DNA of 64,000 bases from an uncultured virus (IMG/VR IMGVR_UViG_3300046340_000069) (lineage: Duplodnaviria; Heunggongvirae; Uroviricota; Caudoviricetes). Below, piece after piece: positions 27,870 through 36,648 of the stretch. Position 1 is the stretch's first letter. Every line of letters begins with the position of its first letter. Position numbers and translations under genes: made by a program. The DNA lies in the IMG/VR virus record IMGVR_UViG_3300046340_000069; one strand, given 5' to 3'. The notes under the pieces are model-generated. The model saw only the letters and a list, made by a program, of their open reading frames with translations, was not told the origin of the DNA and ran no database searches.

Positions 27870-28379
27870 ATGAGTATTTTATGCGATAGTAATCAATTTT
27901 TGATAGGAATCCTGATTAATCAACAACAATATGACACAATAGATGTAGATTATGTAAGAAATCAATATATTAATCGATTGCAGAATTATTCTGCACATTT
28001 CTATAATTATGGGTCAGTAATTTTATGTTTTGATAATAATAATTACTGGCGGAAGGACGTGTTTCCTTATTATAAGTATAGTAGAAAGGAAGATCGGAAA
28101 AAATCGACAATCGACTGGTCAAAAATATTTAATGACATCAATATGATTAAACAGGCATTAAAAAATACTTCATATTCCGTAATGGAAGTAGATGGTGCCG
28201 AAGCCGACGATATTATTGCAGTTATCTCAAAACACGAATATATTAATAATACTAGCACTATGATTATCTCTGGTGATAAAGATTTTGTCCAGTTATTAAA
28301 GTATCCAACAGTTAGTATTTATAATAGTCAGAAAAATATTTTATTAAAGGGAAAAATTTGTGAAAACCAATTTTTATGA
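27870..28379 (+). CDS. rnh: T4-type RNase H/5'-3' exonuclease, N-terminal part
   Basis: YWRKDVFPYYK, AEADDII, SGDKDFVQL. Confidence 0.9.
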   Translation: MSILCDSNQFLIGILINQQQYDTIDVDYVRNQYINRLQNYSAHFYNYGSVILCFDNNNYWRKDVFPYYKYSRKEDRKKSTIDWSKIFNDINMIKQALKNTSYSVMEVDGAEADDIIAVISKHEYINNTSTMIISGDKDFVQLLKYPTVSIYNSQKNILLKGKICENQFL

Positions 28380-28719
28380 TCAAGAACAATTGAGTGAACT
28401 ACTATCATTACATATAGCTAAAGGTGATCGCAGTGATGGTATACCTAATATTCATTCAGATGACAATACATTTGTTGATAAAATAAGACAGGTTCCTGTA
28501 ACCAAAAAAATTCTAAGTAAATTTCATATAGACCCTGAGCAATATTGTCAGGATTGTGATATAATAGATAATTATCGGAGAAATAAATTATTAATAGATT
28601 TCTCTATGATTCCAGACGAGATAGAACAGACTATCTTAGAGGAATACAAAAAGACTAAAAAGCCAAAATTACTAAAATCAAAAACATATGACTTCCAAAA
28701 ACATAAATCCAGCATCTAA
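28360..28719 (+). CDS. rnh: T4-type RNase H, C-terminal part (+1 frame)
   Basis: KGDRSDGIPN, NYRRNKLLIDFSMIP. Confidence 0.85.
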   Translation: MKTNFYDQEQLSELLSLHIAKGDRSDGIPNIHSDDNTFVDKIRQVPVTKKILSKFHIDPEQYCQDCDIIDNYRRNKLLIDFSMIPDEIEQTILEEYKKTKKPKLLKSKTYDFQKHKSSI

Positions 28720-29239
28720 TGATCTGCTATTCCCAGAAATATTTGCTAAAATTTCTAAAGTAGTAGGGAATAAAAAAAAAGCAGACCTAATTACAGAATT
28801 TCGCAATTCTGTTCATGGAGATGCCTTAAAAACGTTAGTATTATTGATCTATAATCATGAATTGAAATTTCGTTTACCAGAAGGAGAACCACCCTATACT
28901 CCTAATGTAGTCCCTATTGGCACCGATCATTCTCGGTTATTGGTAGAACACCGAAATTTATATCGATTTATAGTTGGTGGTGCCCCTCAACTATCTCAAA
29001 ATAAAATTGAAATGCTGTATATCGAATTATTAGAATCTCTACATGAATCAGAATCAGATCTGCTGATCCGAATTTTCAATCGGTCATTTGATACTATCTG
29101 GAAAGGTACTCGCAAGTATGTCATTCCATTTGATGCTATTAAATTAGCATTTCCTGAGATCCAATGGAAAGAACCTCCACTTAAAGAGCGATTAATTGAC
29201 GCAGAAATTATTCGAGATTACTCACCAGAATCTGTATGA
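28688..29239 (+). CDS. conserved T4-like hypothetical protein
   Basis: LPEGEPPY and LLESLH motifs; follows rnh. Confidence 0.75.
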   Translation: MTSKNINPASNDLLFPEIFAKISKVVGNKKKADLITEFRNSVHGDALKTLVLLIYNHELKFRLPEGEPPYTPNVVPIGTDHSRLLVEHRNLYRFIVGGAPQLSQNKIEMLYIELLESLHESESDLLIRIFNRSFDTIWKGTRKYVIPFDAIKLAFPEIQWKEPPLKERLIDAEIIRDYSPESV

Positions 29240-29324
29240 TTTCCTAAATTTGTGCTATAATAAAAGAAGAAAGATATAGATATCTTTCTTCTTTCCCCCA
29301 AAATTATTAATTCTAATAAAACAA

Positions 29325-30164
29325 ATGACCCCAGACTTAATGTTGGATGAATTGCTGAGAATTACTCAGTACAATAAAGATAACGGTATTGTTGATGTTA
29401 GTATATTAGCAGATAGTATTAGTGAACATGGGGATAGAATTACATCATTTTTACTGCATAGATTTGCGAAAGGGCATTGTCAAGCGGAATTGAATAAATC
29501 AAGAACTGTTGCTAATAATAGCTTTTCTTCTCGTGCGGTAAATAAACAGAAATTTATTGATAATATTGTTGCGGATTGTTATATTCCCATCTGGACATCA
29601 GATCGTCCTGGTATGGTTGGTGATATAATAGTAGATCGGAAGCAAATAGATGACTTAAATTCTTCTTACCTCACTAAGATGTATAGTGATATTGAATATA
29701 TAAAAAATAATTATAGTGGTATACACAAACAAGACACTAATTCGCAATTAGATGGTTATGCCAGAATCCCTATTATTGTAACCTCTACTAATTTCCCATA
29801 TTTCTTCAGGTTACGTTGTGCAGATGGAGTAAAGCCAGAATTTAGAAGGATTGCTTTAATTATGGAAGAATTATTTAACAATTCTTCCCCAAAATTGACT
29901 GATTGGCATCTCCCTTGGATAAAACCAGAAGAAGAGTCGATGAACTTGGGGGACAAGTTGACTATGTGTGCCGCTCGTAGTGCATGGCTGAGTTATTCCA
30001 ATCACAATAAGCAATGTTCTATAGATGCTGCTAAAAAATTAGTTGATAAGTTGATTGGGTCTAAGCACTATAGCGTTTTCGATCATGCTGCATATGTCGA
30101 TAGTGGTAGAGTTGGGGGTATATATAAAGGTTGGCGTGAACATAGACAATTAATTTTATATTAA
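29325..30164 (+). CDS. thyX: flavin-dependent thymidylate synthase (divergent)
   Basis: ILADSI, NSFSSRAV, FFRLRC...PEF, WHLP, ARSAWLSY, HYSVFDH. Confidence 0.8.
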   Translation: MTPDLMLDELLRITQYNKDNGIVDVSILADSISEHGDRITSFLLHRFAKGHCQAELNKSRTVANNSFSSRAVNKQKFIDNIVADCYIPIWTSDRPGMVGDIIVDRKQIDDLNSSYLTKMYSDIEYIKNNYSGIHKQDTNSQLDGYARIPIIVTSTNFPYFFRLRCADGVKPEFRRIALIMEELFNNSSPKLTDWHLPWIKPEEESMNLGDKLTMCAARSAWLSYSNHNKQCSIDAAKKLVDKLIGSKHYSVFDHAAYVDSGRVGGIYKGWREHRQLILY

Positions 30165-30168
30165 AAAA

Positions 30169-30372
30169 ATGGAAAATAAAGATACAACGTATGATAATCG
30201 AACAATAGAACAAAAGTTTGCTCAAATAACATTTGAAAAACAAGTGAATCAAATGAGTCACAAACAAGCACAGCAATTTTTGATATATATGCACAAAATG
30301 AATACTATCAAAGAAAACAGTTATCAGGCTATGTTAAAGCAATCTTGGTTCAAAGATTTTGTCCATGACTAA
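30169..30372 (+). CDS. nblA: phycobilisome degradation protein NblA
   Basis: IEQKF...FEKQVNQMSHKQAQQFL...KENSY..MLKQSW matches the NblA pattern. Confidence 0.9.
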   Translation: MENKDTTYDNRTIEQKFAQITFEKQVNQMSHKQAQQFLIYMHKMNTIKENSYQAMLKQSWFKDFVHD

Positions 30373-30652
30373 AAGAAGAACTATTTTTCAAGTAATATGC
30401 TTTGAACATGAATATTTGGTCGTTAGTCGTCCTTCTATGGATGAAAATGAACTGATCCGTATACTACTACACACATTGAGTGAGGAATTTAAGAATAAAG
30501 TCTCTAAGGGATTAGTAGACTGGATTGAAGGGGTATACTTTGTCGCTAAATTAGAGGATGCCGCTGGTTTTGATAAGGTATACCACATCACCAATATCGA
30601 GGAAGATATATTCCCAGTGCCTAGTTGGGAAGAACTATTTTTAAGAGGATAA
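30365..30652 (+). CDS. hypothetical protein
   Basis: ATG overlapping the nblA end. Confidence 0.65.
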   Translation: MTKRRTIFQVICFEHEYLVVSRPSMDENELIRILLHTLSEEFKNKVSKGLVDWIEGVYFVAKLEDAAGFDKVYHITNIEEDIFPVPSWEELFLRG

Positions 30653-30656
30653 AATC

Positions 30657-31496
30657 ATGACAGAAGCAGTACATTATCCATTTCCCAAGATCGCACAATT
30701 TAGAAATGTAGTAAAGTTGGCACAAAAAAACTTTGATACATTCATGCCAACCGTAGTACCTTATATTGGAAGAATTAAAACTAACGGTTCCAACTCAAGC
30801 ATTGTGATCAATAAAGATGGTAGTTTTTATGCACAATCTCGAAAAAAAATTATTCATCCAGATAATGATAATTATGAATTTGCCAAATGGGTGTTTGCTA
30901 ATATTGTAGAAATACAAGAGGTAGTAAAAAATGATATTATTAATACATTTGCTGATGTAGAAAGTGTAGTTCTATATGGAGAATGGATAGGTAATGGTGT
31001 CCAGTCTGGGGTAGCAGTATCAAAAATTCATAAAACATTCATAGTATTTTCTATCAAGGTGATATACCCCAATGAGTTAGAACATTTTTATAATAACTTT
31101 ATTGAATTTGAACCAAACCGTGAGATAGGATTGTACCATATAGACAACTTTCCAACTTACGAGATAGATGTTGATTTTAAAAATCCACAAGCAGCACAAG
31201 ATTTATTGGTACAATATACTAAAGAAGTAGAAACCCATTGCCCAGTCGGTGCATATTTTGGAGTCGATGGTATTGGTGAAGGATTAGTATTTTCACCAAA
31301 ATATGCTTATTCTCACCTTACTGATTTTGATTATGTATTTAAGTCCGTAGGGGAAAAATTTTCTGGTCTGGGTATTACTAATTATTTATCTGGGATTAAA
31401 TTGACGGCAGCAGATGAACAAAAATTAATCAATCTCTGTCTTCAAAATAATATTAAAGATTTTGATTTTTCCTTTTATGAAGACCACGTTTGTTAA
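30657..31496 (+). CDS. RNA ligase (Rnl2-like), N-terminal adenylyltransferase piece
   Basis: KTNGSN (motif I), QSR, YGEWIG, GEGLV, FKSVGEK. Confidence 0.85.
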   Translation: MTEAVHYPFPKIAQFRNVVKLAQKNFDTFMPTVVPYIGRIKTNGSNSSIVINKDGSFYAQSRKKIIHPDNDNYEFAKWVFANIVEIQEVVKNDIINTFADVESVVLYGEWIGNGVQSGVAVSKIHKTFIVFSIKVIYPNELEHFYNNFIEFEPNREIGLYHIDNFPTYEIDVDFKNPQAAQDLLVQYTKEVETHCPVGAYFGVDGIGEGLVFSPKYAYSHLTDFDYVFKSVGEKFSGLGITNYLSGIKLTAADEQKLINLCLQNNIKDFDFSFYEDHVC

Positions 31497-32238
31497 CTCT
31501 TCCGTTACTTTTAAATGAAAATCCATTGCTACCATCTTTACATCTTTTATTAATCTGATAACGGGATAATTTATCTTTGTTTAATTCTGACATCGATGCT
31601 TGGTTTGGGGAATCAAATATACCAAAAGGTGTAATAAATTCTCCAAGAGAAGTAATTTGTCTAATTAGTTGAGTGTGTTCTTTAGTTTGTGGACGAGGAA
31701 CACCTGAATATAAATCACTGAGTCTTTTGATTCCTTCTGGGGAAATATTATTAACCCCTTTTCTAGATTCACTTTGTTTTTTTCTTAATTCAACACCTTT
31801 AGGAGATTGTCTATAAATTTTAAAAGATTCTTTCATTTTAGCAACGGTACTGGGATCGTGCATTGGATTTGTTAATCTCATTGCTGCTGAGTTGGCAATT
31901 CTAGCTTGCTCAAATAACTTAGAAGATACATTTAATCTACCGGAATTACATTCACCAACTCTACTCATGCTACCAAATGCTTTTAACATTAAAAATCTTT
32001 GTCTGTTCTTGGTAAATACTTTAGATAGAATCCAATGTGCAATAAAATGTTGTCTGGCGGTAAGTTTTACTAAATTTTTAGGTTCTAATCTAAATTCAGA
32101 AAATATGCTTATTGGCAAAATATGATGATTTTCTGAGTAATCATTCAGATCTGATTTACAATTTATAATGAATTTTAAGTATCGGTTTAAATAGTGATAG
32201 TTTACCTCAAATGAATTGAATAACATTAAATAATCCAC
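31453..32238 (-). CDS. free-standing MobE-like HNH homing endonuclease inserted antisense in the RNA ligase gene
   Basis: YSENHHILP...NLVKLTARQHFIAHWIL; basic NUMOD-like C-terminus; TATAAATA on minus strand at 32275-32282. Confidence 0.88.
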   Translation of the reverse strand: MDYLMLFNSFEVNYHYLNRYLKFIINCKSDLNDYSENHHILPISIFSEFRLEPKNLVKLTARQHFIAHWILSKVFTKNRQRFLMLKAFGSMSRVGECNSGRLNVSSKLFEQARIANSAAMRLTNPMHDPSTVAKMKESFKIYRQSPKGVELRKKQSESRKGVNNISPEGIKRLSDLYSGVPRPQTKEHTQLIRQITSLGEFITPFGIFDSPNQASMSELNKDKLSRYQINKRCKDGSNGFSFKSNGRVNKRGLHKRKNQNL

Positions 32239-32302
32239 CGTGGCATTTCCCCTTTGGTTATAAAGTATTAATTATATTTATAGTAAATTAGTAGGAGAAT
32301 AT

Positions 32303-32707
32303 ATGAGATTATTAATTAAACAAAGTAATAAAGAATTTATTCTAGAAAATGTAGAATTGAATAATAATCCTCTAGCGGGGAAAGGAACTTTCTATGCTGG
32401 AAATAACGTTTCTACTATTGGTAAAGTACAAATTGAAGGAATTGAAGATATTAATGCGATGGTTACTTGGTTACTAGATACTTCATCAGAAAACCGAGTT
32501 GCACAACAACTTCGGATATTGAAAGAATTGGGAACGCCTATGGATGACATTAAATATATCAAATGTTTAATTGACGCAGTATTAGATGATATTGATTCAG
32601 ATCATAAGGATGACATTATCAGTTCAGGATTACCTAATAAAGTAATTTATGGAAAATTAACTAAAAGAATTAAAGAATATTACCAAAATACTTTGCAAAT
32701 TTGGTAA
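32303..32707 (+). CDS. RNA ligase C-terminal helical piece
   Basis: AGGAG RBS; SENRVAQ...VLDDI...GL..K...K..YY resembles the Rnl2-family C-domain. Confidence 0.72.
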   Translation: MRLLIKQSNKEFILENVELNNNPLAGKGTFYAGNNVSTIGKVQIEGIEDINAMVTWLLDTSSENRVAQQLRILKELGTPMDDIKYIKCLIDAVLDDIDSDHKDDIISSGLPNKVIYGKLTKRIKEYYQNTLQIW

Positions 32708-32822
32708 AGTTGTGTTATAATAAAAAAGGATTGTGGCGACGGCGATTGAAGATATACTTAGTGATAAAGTAATTTATCACTATATCTTTAATCGTCTTTT
32801 TTATTCTGATAAACATATCAGA

Positions 32823-32902
32823 CATACGTTGATAGGGGGTTAGAATGCCCTACAACGCATGACAACTTAAATAATGACTACTAGTACTAAATCATAAAAC
32901 TA
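32823..32902 (+). repeat. dispersed repeat copy
   Basis: gatagggggttagaatgccctacaacgcatg...atgactactagtactaaatcataaaa; runs into ATG 32903. Confidence 0.85.
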
Positions 32903-33130
32903 ATGCCAACCTACTGCTTCCGAGATACTAATACTCATGAAAGAACGGAAAAGTTCTTACGAATTGCAGAATTAGATCAATACAAAGAGGACAATCCACA
33001 TTTAATACAAACTCCAGTGATCCTGAATGCCGTCGGGCAAATTGGTGGGATAAAGATGGATGACGGATTTAAGGATCTAATGAATAACATCAAGAGAAAT
33101 ACTCCGGGCAACTCTATGAATAGCTTTTAG
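32903..33130 (+). CDS. FmdB-like small protein
   Basis: MPTYCF start; typically precedes the exonuclease in T4-like cyanophages. Confidence 0.7.
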   Translation: MPTYCFRDTNTHERTEKFLRIAELDQYKEDNPHLIQTPVILNAVGQIGGIKMDDGFKDLMNNIKRNTPGNSMNSF

Positions 33131-33155
33131 GCGAGATTTATTAAATTTAATAATT

Positions 33156-33818
33156 ATGACCATAGAATTGGATTTTTGGAATAACCAGCATTACGAAAGA
33201 ATAGATATTGATGGGGTGCGGCATTATGACATATCTGGTCAATATTACCCATCAGTTACTAGTATAGTTGGGGAATTTGGTAAGGATAAATTAAACAAAT
33301 GGAGGAAACGAGTAGGAGAAGTAGAAGCGCAACGAATATGTGATGTCGCTTCTGCCAACGGTACTTATATTCATCACTTAGCAGAACAATATCTATTGGG
33401 TAATCCAATAGATCATAAAGATTCTACTGGATTACAAAAGATGGTATTTGGTAAATTTAAAGAGTCTATCAATAAGATCTCTAAAGTACATTTGCTTGAA
33501 CATACTTTATATTCGCATAAACTTAAATTGGCGGGAACTGTTGATTGTGTTGGCTATTACAATGGTGTATTGTCTGTGATTGACTTCAAGACAAGCAAAA
33601 AAGAAAAACCAATTGAATGGATTGAAAATTATTTTGTACAAACTTGTATCTATGCTATGTGCATTTATGAGATGTATGAAATATGGATTTCACAAATTGT
33701 ATTATTGTTCGCATGTAGTGATCTTACCACACCAATTGTTGTAAAACAAATTGATCGCGAACTTATAGAGTTAACCAAAAAATATTATTATCATTATAAA
33801 AATAATCATGCTAAATAA
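33156..33818 (+). CDS. PD-(D/E)xK exonuclease
   Basis: YPSVT, GT.IH, AGTVDC, VIDFKTS, Q...YA. Confidence 0.9.
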   Translation: MTIELDFWNNQHYERIDIDGVRHYDISGQYYPSVTSIVGEFGKDKLNKWRKRVGEVEAQRICDVASANGTYIHHLAEQYLLGNPIDHKDSTGLQKMVFGKFKESINKISKVHLLEHTLYSHKLKLAGTVDCVGYYNGVLSVIDFKTSKKEKPIEWIENYFVQTCIYAMCIYEMYEIWISQIVLLFACSDLTTPIVVKQIDRELIELTKKYYYHYKNNHAK

Positions 33819-34068
33819 AAAAGGAATAGATATGTTACTAACAGATACACTACTTATTGCGGACAAATTTAATAATATTATCGAATTTAATCGACATAAA
33901 TTTGATAATTATCTAGAAACAATTCTCAATTATTGTATCGAGTATAATATGGAAATGATCCACGTTAAAAAATTATTGAATCCGCAGATTTTGTCCAAAA
34001 TGACAGCAGAATGCGAATCGGATAATTTAATCACTAGAACATCAAATACAGTATCACTGTTCGATTAG
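33808..34068 (+). CDS. 33: late transcription coactivator (T4 gp33)
   Basis: Size, YLETILNYC, VKKLL; 33-59-32 order. Confidence 0.8.
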   Translation: MLNKKGIDMLLTDTLLIADKFNNIIEFNRHKFDNYLETILNYCIEYNMEMIHVKKLLNPQILSKMTAECESDNLITRTSNTVSLFD

Positions 34069-34080
34069 GAAGGATTATTT

Positions 34081-34677
34081 ATGGCAATGATGGGATATAC
34101 GGCATACATTACATATATTGGGATCAAAACCCATTTCTGTAACAAATCTTATAACTATTTTAGACACAAAGGTGCAAAAATTACAGAAGGTGCGCTACAA
34201 AAACATCGAGATCGGTATTGGTTCATTCGATTGCAAGATCGATATAGTGATAAGGAGTTAGAAACATTCTTTCTGTCTCAATTCACTCAATACAATCATT
34301 CATATTGGGTGGGGGACTCCTTTTGTGATGTATGTCAAGATTCGTACACCAATCATAAGAAAAAGATTGCCAACCTCACCAGAACATTTAATCGAGAAAT
34401 GAGAGATTTTTATGAAAAATTTCCAGATTGTGAAACTATGTATCAAACTACATCTGGATACCCAAAAATAATCACTGAGTATATGGCAGATAGACTGTCA
34501 CTAGAGACAGTGATTATGTTAGATGACATAAATGCCTGGACAGTAAATAATCCTAGCTTAGAGGGCATTCTAGGTGCGCCTATATTGAATAAAATTAACA
34601 AGTATCGACCATTTTTAAACTACAATATAGATCCTGTAAGAAAAAATTATAACGAATTAAATTTTGCAAAGCAATAA
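34081..34677 (+). CDS. 59: helicase loader (T4 gp59)
   Basis: YIGIKTHF, RDRYWF, LSLETVIMLD, KYRPFL. Confidence 0.88.
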   Translation: MAMMGYTAYITYIGIKTHFCNKSYNYFRHKGAKITEGALQKHRDRYWFIRLQDRYSDKELETFFLSQFTQYNHSYWVGDSFCDVCQDSYTNHKKKIANLTRTFNREMRDFYEKFPDCETMYQTTSGYPKIITEYMADRLSLETVIMLDDINAWTVNNPSLEGILGAPILNKINKYRPFLNYNIDPVRKNYNELNFAKQ

Positions 34678-34767
34678 TGGTACTATTTCAAAAAAACTTT
34701 TAAAGTAATTGTATAATTAGATTCATTTATATGATATTATTGATGTATACACAAACAAAAAAAATTA

Positions 34768-34956
34768 ATGTTAGTAATTGCTTGGATTCTTTCGGGAGTA
34801 ATATTGAATGTGTTCATGATTAATAATAATGAACACGAAAATAATATTCTGATTATATTATTAGCATTCACTACTAATATGATATTTTCTCCAATTTTAT
34901 TGGTAACAAATATTTCGGCAAAAATTGCAAAAGAATCAAATTTTGTGTTAAAATAA
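34768..34956 (+). CDS. small membrane protein
   Basis: Two hydrophobic stretches; true start may be ATG 34743. Confidence 0.5.
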   Translation: MLVIAWILSGVILNVFMINNNEHENNILIILLAFTTNMIFSPILLVTNISAKIAKESNFVLK

Positions 34957-34986
34957 GATAACTTCCAACAAACAAAAATATCTATT

Positions 34987-35898
34987 ATGGCTTTAGATTT
35001 ACAATCATTCAAAACAAGACAACGCGCAACTAGTCTAAGCAACATTACTGATTCATTTGCACCAAAGAGTTCGGCGTATACTGATTCTCGTTATTGGAAA
35101 ATCACTACTCCTGATAAAAAGGATGGCGCGGCAAATTCCGCTATTATTCGCTTTCTGCCCTCACATAATCCCGAAAAACCATTTGTTTCATCATTCAGCT
35201 ATTCGTTTACTGGAGTAGGTGGGCAATATATTGAAAATAGTTTGGAATCTATTGGACAACTCGATCCAGTCAAAGAGTACAATACTAAACTTTGGAATAG
35301 TGGCGACCCAGAAAAAAAAGAAGACACAAAAAAACGTAATCGCAAACTACATTATATTGGGAATATCTTGGTGGTCAATGATGTAAGTCATCCCGAAAAT
35401 AATGGAAAGGTGTTTTTGTATCAGTTTGGTTCCAAAATCATGGCTAAAATCACTGCCATCATGACTGGGGATCCAGCAGTTTCTCAACCACCAGTAGATA
35501 TTTTTGATTTTGATAACGGTGCTAATTTTTATTTAAAAATGCACTATGAGGGGAAAAGTGGATTTTATTCTTACGATTCCTCCCATTTTAATCGGGAATC
35601 ATCTATTGGGGAAGAAGCATATCAATCTTCTATCATTCAACAGATTTATGATCTAGATAATTGTGAACCAGTAAAGTATAAACCATATGAAGAACTTCAG
35701 ACTCGGTTCCGATTGGTAATGTGTCCGCCAAAAGTAGAAGATGAGTTTGGTCTGGCATCTCCCCCCCCTTCTCAAGTAGTGATCCCTACCCCACCAACTA
35801 CCCCTCTAGTTAAAGTATCCATACCCCCAACTTCTTCGTCATCAACTGATGATGAGTTCTCTGATTTTGACTCTCTGATTGACAACATTCCGTTCTAA
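34987..35898 (+). CDS. 32: single-stranded DNA-binding protein (T4 gp32)
   Basis: DSRYWK, AIIRFLP, YIENSL, NGKVFLY.FG.KI, GANF.LK, acidic tail. Confidence 0.95.
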   Translation: MALDLQSFKTRQRATSLSNITDSFAPKSSAYTDSRYWKITTPDKKDGAANSAIIRFLPSHNPEKPFVSSFSYSFTGVGGQYIENSLESIGQLDPVKEYNTKLWNSGDPEKKEDTKKRNRKLHYIGNILVVNDVSHPENNGKVFLYQFGSKIMAKITAIMTGDPAVSQPPVDIFDFDNGANFYLKMHYEGKSGFYSYDSSHFNRESSIGEEAYQSSIIQQIYDLDNCEPVKYKPYEELQTRFRLVMCPPKVEDEFGLASPPPSQVVIPTPPTTPLVKVSIPPTSSSSTDDEFSDFDSLIDNIPF

Positions 35899-35901
35899 TA
35901 T

Positions 35902-35932
35902 AAAAAGGATACTCATTGAGTATCCTTTTTTT
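35902..35932. terminator. bidirectional terminator
   Basis: aaaaggatactc-att-gagtatcctttt between convergent genes. Confidence 0.85.
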
Positions 35933-36539
35933 AAATTTCTTCAAATTTGGTACCATCTTCAGTAAGTATATTTGTATTATACCTGATAAGATTACCAAAT
36001 TCGTCATCCATATTAAATACTATTGATGGGTTTAGTAATAGTATTTTTCGTTTGTTTTCATTCTGTTCTACAAAATCTTCTCGGTATGTGATAGATGTTT
36101 TAGTAGTACTACCTTGATATAGTACTCCATCTATAGTTACAGAAAAGTCCGAATTGACTATTAGATTAGCAGGGATAATTACTTTTCCATTACTATTTTT
36201 TATCTCTACCGTTTTATAAAATTTAATAGCATTTTGATTAGGTAGTGTATATAATAATTTTTCCACTTGTTCACTATTGACCACCCAATCATTATTACTG
36301 GTGATATTATTGAATAGTAGAATAGACCAGTAATACTTAGTGTCTCCATAATAATTAAATGCTATCTGTTCTGGTCTTTCCTCATCTTTTACATAATATG
36401 TTGTATAGAATTGTTTGTTATTTTTTAATTCTTTTATGGTGATGAGTAATCGTCGAAATATATCCGTTACCTTTACATCTTCACCATTAATAGGATTAGT
36501 GATAGTGATTTTAGGATACTCGGTGAAATATGAAGTCAT
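35931..36539 (-). CDS. 53: baseplate wedge protein (T4 gp53)
   Basis: YF..YP, ERPEQIA..YYG...YW.ILLFN, NENKRKI. Confidence 0.9.
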   Translation of the reverse strand: MTSYFTEYPKITITNPINGEDVKVTDIFRRLLITIKELKNNKQFYTTYYVKDEERPEQIAFNYYGDTKYYWSILLFNNITSNNDWVVNSEQVEKLLYTLPNQNAIKFYKTVEIKNSNGKVIIPANLIVNSDFSVTIDGVLYQGSTTKTSITYREDFVEQNENKRKILLLNPSIVFNMDDEFGNLIRYNTNILTEDGTKFEEI

Positions 36540-36554
36540 ATAGTGGATATAATA

Positions 36555-36630
36555 AATTTTTGATACCAGTAGTCATATTTATAGTTTTCCTGCGTTGTAG
36601 GGCATTCTAGTCCCCTATCAACGCATATTA
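36555..36630 (-). repeat. dispersed repeat copy providing a late promoter for gene 53
   Basis: Reverse complement gataggggactagaatgccctacaacgcagg...TATAAATAtgactactggtatcaaa. Confidence 0.85.
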
Positions 36631-36648
36631 ATACCCGTTTAATTCTAC

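Noticed and set aside
31368..32410. Split intein at the RNA ligase or nrdA breaks
   Set aside because: No block A start and no HN/(C,S,T) end. GTFYAGN only superficially resembles block G.
33156..33818. Cas4 indicating a CRISPR system
   Set aside because: Ordinary T4-like PD-(D/E)xK exonuclease in its conserved position; no Fe-S cysteine set or array.
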